Assembly: GCA_051382305.1 (NCBI GenBank)
Contig: JBBCAV010000085.1
Coordinates: 1 to 13,810, forward strand
Direction of reading: 5' to 3'
DNA length: 13,810 nt
DNA from: Bdellovibrionota bacterium FG-2
GTDB taxonomy: Bacteria > Bdellovibrionota > UBA1018
A model generated the notes under the pieces. It worked only from the letters and a program-made list of their open reading frames with translations. It ran no database searches and was not told the origin of the DNA. Made by a program: the position numbers and the translations under genes. The stretch's first letter is position 1. Each line of letters begins with the position of its first letter. Shown here piece by piece: positions 1-8,196 of the stretch.

Positions 1-20
1 AGAATGTGTATAAGAGACAG
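1..20 (+). other. Nextera/Tn5 mosaic-end adapter remnant (library artefact)
   Basis: AGAATGTGTATAAGAGACAG equals the Tn5 mosaic end AGATGTGTATAAGAGACAG with one extra A; bases 4-20 match exactly. It lies at the extreme end of the sequence. Confidence 0.95.
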
Positions 21-603
21 CACTAAATGCGGCAGCCGAAGCCGTAATTCGCCATAAAGTCGAAACAATTTGGTCCACCAGTTTCATCGAAATCGAAAGT
101 CTGACGTTCCCTAATGTTTTTTTCGGAGTCTTGGAATCTCGTCCCCACTGCTCAATAGGAACCGCAACCTCCCACAAACCATTGTCCCGCTCATCGGTCC
201 GAAACTCTGAACTCACGACATCCGTCCACGGAAAAACCGCCGGAACGGCCTCCGCCTCATCGGCTTCGAAGTTTGACCCCACCGAATGAATCAGGCCCGT
301 AATCTGGTCCCGGACTAAGACATCAATGCGAACAATATTGGGTTGGGCAAAAAGAACCTCTTGAATACGGCTCTCAATGGCGGGCGTCGGATTTGGGTTG
401 GAGAGTAAGCGGCTTGTGACAATTTCGGCGGCAAGCGTCTTTGCTGAGTTAATGCCGATCTGCCGCAGATCTTCTGACAAAAGCGGGTGGGTAAGCTGAT
501 TCTCGACTACTGTCACAAGTAAAAAAGTGGGCAGAATCACTAATCCCAGCACGAGACTGATCTTGGCCTTGAGATCCAAGCGATTAGGGAGGCCTCTAAA
601 CAT
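21..603 (-). CDS. Membrane sensor protein, probably a histidine kinase; N-terminal fragment truncated at the contig end
   Basis: Translated by hand (not in the ORF track). The ATG at 603 overlaps the end of epmA by 8 bp and the frame is open for 194 codons up to the adapter: MFRGLPNRLDLKAKISLVLGLVILPTFLLVTVVENQ... (TM1), an extracytoplasmic domain ending WEVAVPI...LGNVRLSISM (Cache/PDC-like), then the start of TM2 (LWRITASAAAFS). The output domain is not visible. Confidence 0.8.
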
Positions 604-1867
604 GAGGCTCAAGCCAAAGCGTTTTTTCCAATTCCGGTTCATCACCAAAGAACATTACCATTCGATCCACCCCTACCGCAATGCCTCCGGCCGGGGGCAT
701 CCCCTCCTCTAACGCACCTAGAAATCCCTCATCCAGCGGGCATTCTAATAGTGTGGGGCCGTAAAGCCGACGGCGTAATTCCATATCTTCGATAAAGCGC
801 CGCCGCTGCTCCACAGGATCAGTCAGCTCTTCAAAGGCGTTTCCTAGCTCAAGCCCGCCCGCATAGACTTCAAAGCGTCTCGCCCATGAAGAACCATCGG
901 GATCCCGATCCACGACGGAAAGGGCCGCCTGAGAGGTCGGATATCGAGTCACAAACACGGCCTGATTCTCAGGCAGTTTGGGTTCAATCACGTTTAACCA
1001 AATGATAAAATACAGATCATCCCAACTGAGGGGCCCGTTTGCCTGATTTGCCTGAATTATAAGTAAACCAAGCCGTTTGCAATGATCAAGCAGATCCTCC
1101 GCGCGAGGGCAGGCGACTAAATCAACTTGTGCAAATTCCAAAAACAGATCCCTGACCCGCAATCTCGGCCAGGGCACCTTCACCGAAATCTCCTTGCCCT
1201 GAAAACTCACACAAGGCTTCCCAAATAAAGACAACGCCATCGATTCAAATAAGGACTCCGTATCTCGCATGATGTCCTCATAGCCCGCGTAGGCGCGATA
1301 CCACTCCAACATCATGAACTCCGGCTGATGGGTGGGTGAAACCGGTTCATTCCGAAAAGAAGGCGCGATTTGAAATATCCGTTCCAGCCCCCCCACCAAA
1401 AGCCGCTTCATCGCAAATTCCGGGGAAGTGGGCAAGAATACTTGCGACTCCGTCTGGGACCCTGAAACGTCAACATGATGCGCATTCACCCGAAAGGGAG
1501 GAATATGAGGCTCCATCCCAGGACAAGCAACCAATAAGGGAGTACGCACTTCTGTAAACCCCTGCCCTTGAAAAAACCTACGAATCCCCGACTCAACCTG
1601 CGAACGAACCTGAAGGCCTTTTATTCGCCGGGGTTCCAAGATTCGCTGCATCCACTTCATCGTATGTCCGGGGGAACGGTTAGGGGTCAAAACGCGCGCC
1701 TGCTCATCACTCACCTCAATAATATCGCCAAGCGAAACCTGATCACGAAAATCCCCCCGAACCTCAAAGTACCCTCCTAGATTTCGAACGGTTACAAAAT
1801 CCGAGCGCAGCTCAACACATCGCCCCTTTATATTCTGGTTACTCTGGATACTCTGGACATTGTGCAT
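596..1867 (-). CDS. epmA: EF-P lysyl ligase EpmA (PoxA/GenX) with an ~80 aa N-terminal extension
   Basis: Motifs LPTSPEFAMKRLL, FRNE..S..HQPEF.MLEWY, RFEVY..GLELGNAFEELTD and GMPPAGGIAVGVDR are typical of EpmA rather than LysRS. Confidence 0.92.
   Translation of the reverse strand: MHNVQSIQSNQNIKGRCVELRSDFVTVRNLGGYFEVRGDFRDQVSLGDIIEVSDEQARVLTPNRSPGHTMKWMQRILEPRRIKGLQVRSQVESGIRRFFQGQGFTEVRTPLLVACPGMEPHIPPFRVNAHHVDVSGSQTESQVFLPTSPEFAMKRLLVGGLERIFQIAPSFRNEPVSPTHQPEFMMLEWYRAYAGYEDIMRDTESLFESMALSLFGKPCVSFQGKEISVKVPWPRLRVRDLFLEFAQVDLVACPRAEDLLDHCKRLGLLIIQANQANGPLSWDDLYFIIWLNVIEPKLPENQAVFVTRYPTSQAALSVVDRDPDGSSWARRFEVYAGGLELGNAFEELTDPVEQRRRFIEDMELRRRLYGPTLLECPLDEGFLGALEEGMPPAGGIAVGVDRMVMFFGDEPELEKTLWLEPHV
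1831..1857. repeat. 9-bp tandem repeat x3 in the epmA N-terminus
   Basis: TATTCTGGT TACTCTGGA TACTCTGGA; encodes VQS-IQS-NQN. Confidence 0.8.
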
Positions 1868-1868
1868 A

Positions 1869-3668
1869 TTAAAAACGCGCCTCGCTCAATTGTTGATAAC
1901 GCACCATTCTCGCATAAAGACCCTGGCGGACACAAAGACTCTCGTGCGTACCTTTTTCCATAAGACACCCCTTGTTTAGAACTAGAATTTGGTGAGCATC
2001 GCGGACCGTGGAGAGCCGATGCGCGACAATCAGTAGAGTCTTATCGCGTGTTTCTTCGCCCAGCACCCGAGACATCGCAGCTTCAGATTCAGAATCCACG
2101 TTGGCCGTCGCCTCATCCAAGACCCATATTTTTGGTGATTGCGCCAAAGCCCGAGCAAACGCGACCATTTGTCTTTCTCCTACGGAGAGATTAATCCCCC
2201 GTTCACGAAGCCGAAACGCGCCCTCTTGTAAACGTGCTCCAAAAACATCCTTCAATGCCGCTCCCCCTGCGCTCGGCAAGACTTCTCCCCAGAAACCAAG
2301 ATTCTCCTCCAAGGTCCCCGCAAACAAAAACGGATCTTGCTGCACGACTCCAAAACAAGCCCGCAAAGATCTCAGCTCATACTCTCGAAGGTCTATTCCA
2401 TCCAGAAGAATGCGCCCCTTTTGAGGACGGTAGAACCCCAACAAAAGTGCAATCAGCGTCGTTTTTCCCGCGCCCGTGTGCCCCACAATCCCCACGCGCT
2501 CACCGGGATGAACCTCAAAGGAAAGATCCTTCAAAATCCAGCATTGGTCTTCATAAGCAAACCAGACATTCTCAAAGACGATATGCCCACGCACATCCCT
2601 CGATAAAACCGTGCCCAAATTCGGTTCTCGTTCCCACCCGAAAACCGAAAAAACCCGCTCTGCGGCAGCCATCCCAGCTAAGAAGACATTCCATTTATCC
2701 GCGATTTCGCGCACCGGTTGAAAAAGTGCAAAAACATAGGAAAAATAAGCGACGAGAATCCCCAACGGAATCTCTCGATCCAACACCGCGTGCGCCCCAA
2801 ACCAAATCACAAGCGCCATCGAAAGGCCCGCCGACGCTGTTATAGTAGGGTGAAAAACAGAAAAGATCCTGATCGTCGACATCTGCGCGTCCGAGTACCA
2901 TTGATTGATTCGCGCATAGCGCTCACCTTGAATGGCCTCACGATTAAACAAATGAACCACCCTCATCCCTGAAATGTTTTCAGCGAGAAAAGCATTCAGC
3001 GCCGACAATCTCGAACGAGCGGCGCGGTAAGCGATACGCAGTTTTCGACTAAAAAATGCGGCGGCAACCATGAGCACTGGAAACACAGCTCCAGCAATCA
3101 GACCCAGCTTGAAATTTAGAGCAATTAACCAAGCAAGAATCCCACACACCATCAAGATATTGAAAATCATCGAGACAAACCCGGCCGAAAACATTTCATG
3201 AAGTGCGGCAATATCATTGGTGACTCGGGTTAAGAGCCTGCCTGCAGGATTCTTGTTATAAAGACTCATAGGCAAACTCTGAAGATGGGCAAAAAGTCTG
3301 CTCCTCAAATCATGGGAAACTCTCTGGCCCAGCAGCTCAAACAACATCCCCTGGGCAACAACAGCTCCACTCCGCATGGCCGTCACTAAAAAATAGAATA
3401 GAGTCAACTGCGTCAGCTTGTTCCAATTCTTCGGGATAATCGCCTCATCAATGGCAAGTCCAAAAATTCGAGGCTCCAAAAGTGTACAACAAATCCCGAC
3501 ACCCACACTCAACATCCCCGCCCAAAATACGCCCGGGTACTTAAACATTGCTCGGAAAAGCTTGAACAAATGCTCTTTTTGAACCGGCGGATTGAGCGTC
3601 GGATCACGCTCCTCAACATCTAAAAGATGGGAAAAACCCTTCTTAGCCTGATGTGCAGAAGTACTCAT
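1869..3668 (-). CDS. ABC exporter half-transporter (TMD+NBD), MdlB-like
   Basis: N-terminal TM domain; Walker A GHTGAGKT; degenerate signature LSVGE; Walker B IWVLDEAT; H-switch AHR. Confidence 0.93.
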   Translation of the reverse strand: MSTSAHQAKKGFSHLLDVEERDPTLNPPVQKEHLFKLFRAMFKYPGVFWAGMLSVGVGICCTLLEPRIFGLAIDEAIIPKNWNKLTQLTLFYFLVTAMRSGAVVAQGMLFELLGQRVSHDLRSRLFAHLQSLPMSLYNKNPAGRLLTRVTNDIAALHEMFSAGFVSMIFNILMVCGILAWLIALNFKLGLIAGAVFPVLMVAAAFFSRKLRIAYRAARSRLSALNAFLAENISGMRVVHLFNREAIQGERYARINQWYSDAQMSTIRIFSVFHPTITASAGLSMALVIWFGAHAVLDREIPLGILVAYFSYVFALFQPVREIADKWNVFLAGMAAAERVFSVFGWEREPNLGTVLSRDVRGHIVFENVWFAYEDQCWILKDLSFEVHPGERVGIVGHTGAGKTTLIALLLGFYRPQKGRILLDGIDLREYELRSLRACFGVVQQDPFLFAGTLEENLGFWGEVLPSAGGAALKDVFGARLQEGAFRLRERGINLSVGERQMVAFARALAQSPKIWVLDEATANVDSESEAAMSRVLGEETRDKTLLIVAHRLSTVRDAHQILVLNKGCLMEKGTHESLCVRQGLYARMVRYQQLSEARF

Positions 3669-5536
3669 AGCTTACCGCCCAAATCCGGTAAACTATCGGC
3701 GTACCGCTCCAGCTCTTCCCGGACTCGCTGTTGTTCATAAAAATGATAATAGATCCCTTGGGTATCGAGTAAAAGATCACGATGCCGCCCTAGCTGTACA
3801 ATCCCGCCCTCCTCCAACACAACAATCCGATCCGCGTCCTGAATGGTAGAGATGCGATGTGCGGCGATAAGCTCCGTGTTTCTCCCTGGCCGGGCCCGAA
3901 GAGCGCTTAGAATCTTCTCTTCAGTTTGGGTATCGACCGAAGAAAGCGCGTCGTCTAAAACCAAAATCGGAGGATGCTTAGCTAGCGCCCGAGCAATAGT
4001 GAGCCGCTGCTTTTGCCCTCCAGATAAATTCACGCCCCGCTCGCCCAAAACTGTCGAAAATGACTCCCGAAGCGCCAAAATCTCTTCATGAACAGCGGAA
4101 ACATCAAGCGCTTCTTGCAGGGCGGCACTCTCGGGGAGTTCCAAACCCAAAGAGAGATTCTCGGTGACCGTGTCGCTAAAAAGGAAAACATCTTGGCTGA
4201 CATAGCCCACCTGTCGGCGTAACTCACCCATCGGCCATTCGTTAATATCTACGCCATCCACGCTGATCATCCCGGCACCGACGGGATAAAGACGCGGGAG
4301 CAAAGACAACAAAGCAGATTTACCCGAGCCGACTCTTCCGACAAAAGCCACGCGCTCTCCTGCCTCAATCGTAAGTGAAATATCCCGCAAAACGGGCTTC
4401 TCCGAGCCTGGATAAGTGAAACTCAAATGCGTAAGCTCAACCCGACCCATAGTCCTATACCCCCTGGGGGCCGGAACCGTTAATCCCCCAGGCAGCCGTG
4501 GCCCCACGGGATGAGGAACATCCGTTTGCTCATCCAAAATCTCCTTAAGGCGCAAGGAGCTTGTCCCTGCTCGCTGAAAAATAGTAATCGCCATCCCAAG
4601 GGCCGCCATCGGCCAAACCATCTTCTGGATGTAGCGCTGAAAAGCAACGAAAGTTCCGAGCGTCAAGGCGGCCCCGATGTTTGAAGATCCCTCAAAAATG
4701 AGCGCCCGCCCCCCGATAAACAACAGCAAAACAAGTCCGATGCTCATCGTAAAATCCAGCGTGGGACTAAATCGATTGCGGACCCACGCAAGCTCCATGT
4801 TAAGGCGCACATAAGCCTGCCCTGCTTCGTCAAATCTTCGATTCTGAACATCCTCTTTTGCAAAAGCCTTCACGACGCGTATGCCACTTAACCCTTCTTG
4901 GGCCATCGAAGAGAGCTTCCCAAACGCATCTTGAACTCTTTCAAAGCGGTGATGCATTTCGTGCTCATTGCGAAAGATAATCCATGGCACTATGGGCAGC
5001 GGCAAAAGCGCAATCAGAGTCAAGCGAGGAGAGAGAAACCACATCGCGACTGGCACGGTTAAAAAGTAAAAGACCGCATCCGCAAAAACCAAGACGCCAG
5101 AACCCACGGCCATCCTAACCGCCTCCACGTCACTCGTTGCCAAGGACATCATCTCTCCTATGGGTTTGCGATCAAAAAAGCTCGCAGATAGACCCAACAG
5201 ATGACTGGAGAAACGATTGCGCAAATCTCGACCGGTAAGAATCGCCGAACGAATGAGAAACACTCGCCAACCGTAGCGACAAAATCCCTGAAGAATCGCA
5301 ACCCCAAAATATCCAGCCACGGCGTACCCAAGCACCGACAAGGGTTCGTTTCCCGTTGCCACGTCCACGGCCTGCTTCATAAAAAAAGGGGGAAGTATCT
5401 CGAGAATATCTACGATAAAGAGCGTGACCAAGCCCCACCCAACGAGCTTGCGATATTTCCAAAGATATTCTCGTAAGAGAAAACTTTCCTGACCGAGGCG
5501 GGCTAGCGTTTGTGAGAATTGAGAGATTCGAGACAT
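3665..5536 (-). CDS. ABC exporter half-transporter (TMD+NBD), MdlA-like
   Basis: TM domain; Walker A GRVGSGKS; signature LSGGQ; Walker B ILVLDDAL (catalytic E replaced by D); 4-bp overlap with its partner gene. Confidence 0.93.
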   Translation of the reverse strand: MSRISQFSQTLARLGQESFLLREYLWKYRKLVGWGLVTLFIVDILEILPPFFMKQAVDVATGNEPLSVLGYAVAGYFGVAILQGFCRYGWRVFLIRSAILTGRDLRNRFSSHLLGLSASFFDRKPIGEMMSLATSDVEAVRMAVGSGVLVFADAVFYFLTVPVAMWFLSPRLTLIALLPLPIVPWIIFRNEHEMHHRFERVQDAFGKLSSMAQEGLSGIRVVKAFAKEDVQNRRFDEAGQAYVRLNMELAWVRNRFSPTLDFTMSIGLVLLLFIGGRALIFEGSSNIGAALTLGTFVAFQRYIQKMVWPMAALGMAITIFQRAGTSSLRLKEILDEQTDVPHPVGPRLPGGLTVPAPRGYRTMGRVELTHLSFTYPGSEKPVLRDISLTIEAGERVAFVGRVGSGKSALLSLLPRLYPVGAGMISVDGVDINEWPMGELRRQVGYVSQDVFLFSDTVTENLSLGLELPESAALQEALDVSAVHEEILALRESFSTVLGERGVNLSGGQKQRLTIARALAKHPPILVLDDALSSVDTQTEEKILSALRARPGRNTELIAAHRISTIQDADRIVVLEEGGIVQLGRHRDLLLDTQGIYYHFYEQQRVREELERYADSLPDLGGKL

Positions 5537-6480
5537 TGGAGAAAATCTTCCGGTAAAGGGGCGGCCACTGACACTTCCTTATTAAGGAGTGGGTGAGGAA
5601 AAGTCAAGCAAGCCGCGTGAAGCATAGAGCGTGGAACCTGATATTCGCCTATCCTTCCAATTCCCCCATAAAAGGTATCCCCCGCAATCGGCAAACCAAG
5701 CCCCGCCAAATGTACCCGAATTTGATGCGTCCGCCCCGTCAAAGGCTGGGCTTCGATTAAAGTGCCCTGGCCTTCTGCCCTTAAAACCCTAAACCGGGTA
5801 TGGGCAAAATCTCCGCCAGAATGTACGACCTCAATTCGAGCACGCTTTCCAGCTCCTCGTTTTTTTGCCAGGTAGTTTCGCACCTCGCCGCGCCCCTCTT
5901 GCAGAAGCGCATTAGCGTGCTCCGGCTTCAAGACAATCGATTGATAAAGCTTAACGGCCTTATGCTCAGAAAACAACTCCGAGACCCCGAGATTGGCCTC
6001 CTTGACCTTGGTAAACAGAACCACGCCCGAAGTGTCGCGATCCAGCCGGTGATGCAGTCCCACATACGCGTCTGCGATGCCGTCGCGTGCAGCCAAGAAT
6101 TTTTTAAGCAGTGCGTACAGATTATCTCGCGCTTCATCCAAGGTCGGCTGAGTCGGCAACCCTGGAGGCTTGTTCACGACGATAAGACTTTCGTCCTCAT
6201 AAAGAATCGAGTCCGCCGCCAGTTTGAAGCTGCGATCACGACTTGGCCCTTCGGCCTCAAAAAGCCTTTTAAAATCGACGAACACTTCAATCCGGGAGCC
6301 CTTTTGCACGGATCTTGAGGCTATCCGAATCCGTTTTCGATTAAGGTAAACAGCTCCTGCGATAATAAGTTTTCGAACTTTGGCCTTTGAAACGCCACTC
6401 CAGTACCCCGCTAGGACCTGGTCAAGTCGCTGACCCTCCTCTGAGGCTCTGACCTCAAACTGGAGCTTCTCAATAGCCAT
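5503..6480 (-). CDS. RluA-family pseudouridine synthase with S4 domain (RluC/RluD-like)
   Basis: S4-like RLDQVLA...SKAKVRKLI..GAV; ILYED..LIVVNKPPGL; catalytic HRLDRDTSG; TGRTHQIRVH; PIAGD..YG; LHA..L.FPHP. Confidence 0.95.
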   Translation of the reverse strand: MAIEKLQFEVRASEEGQRLDQVLAGYWSGVSKAKVRKLIIAGAVYLNRKRIRIASRSVQKGSRIEVFVDFKRLFEAEGPSRDRSFKLAADSILYEDESLIVVNKPPGLPTQPTLDEARDNLYALLKKFLAARDGIADAYVGLHHRLDRDTSGVVLFTKVKEANLGVSELFSEHKAVKLYQSIVLKPEHANALLQEGRGEVRNYLAKKRGAGKRARIEVVHSGGDFAHTRFRVLRAEGQGTLIEAQPLTGRTHQIRVHLAGLGLPIAGDTFYGGIGRIGEYQVPRSMLHAACLTFPHPLLNKEVSVAAPLPEDFLQCLESLNSHKR

Positions 6481-6486
6481 ACGGAT

Positions 6487-7014
6487 CTAAACCACAGACT
6501 GCGAAGAAGCTCTCACTCTTACGCCAGTCCGTACAACCGACACTGTCCCCGCTATTAAATCGTGGAGCGCCCGTTTCTCAGGATGAAACGCGGCCATTAG
6601 AAAACCCGCGCCAAAAGGGAGATAGGACAAGCCATAGGCCAAGCACCGAATCCACGACTGCTTGAGCGTGATCTTGCCCAACGAATCCGCATCCACCACA
6701 AACACGCGAAACGGGCGTTTGCCCCACGTCGTCCCGTAGCGCTCGTGGCCAATGACATAATAAGGAACCGCCAAGATCGCATATATCCCTAGGTTAAAAA
6801 CCTGAAGGAAAAGGGGATTAAACGAATCCATAAACGCAGCTTGTTCTCGCCCGAACACTCGGGCGAGCCAGTAAAAACCCCCAAGCAGAGCCAATTCAAC
6901 TAGCCAAGAAGCCAGACTCAGAGCCGTGCTATCGATTCCTTCAGCAAATGAGCGCACCCAAAAACCCGCAAACTTCGGAGTTTCAGCTACGGGCAGAGGG
7001 GTCTCCGCGTCCAC
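6487..7014 (-). CDS. RDD family membrane protein
   Basis: AGFWVRSFAEGID, GTTWGKR, WIR and KRALHDLIAGT.VV motifs with three hydrophobic segments. The GTG start shares one base with the upstream TAG. Confidence 0.92.
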   Translation of the reverse strand: MDAETPLPVAETPKFAGFWVRSFAEGIDSTALSLASWLVELALLGGFYWLARVFGREQAAFMDSFNPLFLQVFNLGIYAILAVPYYVIGHERYGTTWGKRPFRVFVVDADSLGKITLKQSWIRCLAYGLSYLPFGAGFLMAAFHPEKRALHDLIAGTVSVVRTGVRVRASSQSVV

Positions 7015-8132
7015 TATTTCTGCGCCCCTTCGTCCGTAACTTCCAATTTGATCGAACCGCGACGAATCTTGGTACTTCCATCCGCCTCAACGGACGTACG
7101 GGTGATCTCGCCTTGATAATAGCTCGCGCCATCATTTTTGCCGAGTTCGTATTTAGAGCGCCAAAGTCTAAAGCCATACACAGCACCACTGGTCGTCACT
7201 TCGAAAGTGAAAATTGCCCCACGAGGGTTATAGGTGATCAGGCCAATGTTTCCATTTTCAGTACTAAAGTTCTGCGCCTGAGGTAATTCTTGAGTTTTAA
7301 CCGCTTCATCCCCAATATTGGAAAGATCCCAATTGAGAATTTCACCGCTGTAGGAACCATCTTCTTTTAAGGTCAGAGTAATCTTGCTCGGTTTTGCATT
7401 AAACATCCACACGCGCTCATCGATTCGCTTGGATGCATCGGCCATCTCTGATTGCAATTGCTTGATCGAACCTTCAAGTGCCGGACCTTCAGAGAACCAG
7501 GTCTCGATGGCCTGCTCCATCCCCGCCGTTCGGATCTTAGTCATTTGCTCATCAATGGCTTCTTGTTTTCGGGGCATGGTGATATTTTTGATGCGATCTG
7601 CTTTGCTCTTCTTGGACTTACGTTCCTTGTTTCGCTTGTTGAATTCTTGAAACTTTGCATCCTTCGAGCAATTCTTCTTACACTTCAAATCGACAGGATA
7701 ATCCGCCTTGAAGGCCACTTCGGTCTCATCAGCTTCCTTCTGCGCGCCCTCCAATTCCATTTCATTGTCCGCCAAATCCCGCTTCGCCTTAGTCAATTCA
7801 TCAGGATCAATCGTGAACTCTTTAAAACGATCGGTAAAATTGGCTTTCTTCTTATCCAAGTGAGCCTTTTCCAAACTCTTAACATCGATCTCATTTGAAC
7901 TTGAAAGCACTTCAGCCACCTGATCGGGAGTCGTTTCCTCGCGCCACATAAACATAGTAACTTTATGAGTATTGAGTGTCGCTGCTTCAAAGTGATCTGG
8001 CGCAACGGTGGGCTGAACTTCGGATCGCACCGCGACTGCAGGCTTTACTTCACAGCCACTTATTGAAAAGCAAAGTGGGAGTGCAACTATCGCGAGAGCA
8101 AAAGCTTGATTCATTTTCGTTTTAGTTTTCAT
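7014..8132 (-). CDS. Uncharacterised lipoprotein with a long coiled-coil insertion and a beta-rich C-terminal domain
   Basis: Basic N-terminus, hydrophobic stretch and ISGC lipobox (Cys27); charged helical region at about aa 69-240; alternating beta-strand pattern after it; GAGGA SD upstream. Confidence 0.8.
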   Translation of the reverse strand: MKTKTKMNQAFALAIVALPLCFSISGCEVKPAVAVRSEVQPTVAPDHFEAATLNTHKVTMFMWREETTPDQVAEVLSSSNEIDVKSLEKAHLDKKKANFTDRFKEFTIDPDELTKAKRDLADNEMELEGAQKEADETEVAFKADYPVDLKCKKNCSKDAKFQEFNKRNKERKSKKSKADRIKNITMPRKQEAIDEQMTKIRTAGMEQAIETWFSEGPALEGSIKQLQSEMADASKRIDERVWMFNAKPSKITLTLKEDGSYSGEILNWDLSNIGDEAVKTQELPQAQNFSTENGNIGLITYNPRGAIFTFEVTTSGAVYGFRLWRSKYELGKNDGASYYQGEITRTSVEADGSTKIRRGSIKLEVTDEGAQK

Positions 8133-8136
8133 GATT

Positions 8137-8184
8137 CATGTTCCTCTATATTTTCCTAGATATTTCCCTGGCTATTTTCCTTGA
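8137..8184 (-). repeat. 12-bp imperfect tandem repeat x4 in the 5' leader of the lipoprotein gene
   Basis: Coding strand reads TCAAGGAAAATA GCCAGGGAAATA TCTAGGAAAATA TAGAGGAACATG. Confidence 0.8.
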
Positions 8185-8196
8185 TTCTTTTGTTTC

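Noticed and set aside
1-20. Tn5/IS50 transposon end
   Set aside because: It matches the synthetic mosaic end at a contig terminus and there is no transposase.
596-1867. Lysyl-tRNA synthetase
   Set aside because: It is short for LysRS and has EpmA-type TSPEFAMKRLL and LEWY motifs.
2008-2972. Plus-strand ORFs of 138, 203, 89 and 84 aa
   Set aside because: Antisense shadows of the ABC gene with no protein-like features.
5380-5392. A/G homopolymer run as a phase-variation site
   Set aside because: The runs are short, the frame is intact, and they simply encode PPFF.
8137-8184. Mini-CRISPR array
   Set aside because: 12-bp period, no spacers and no cas genes.
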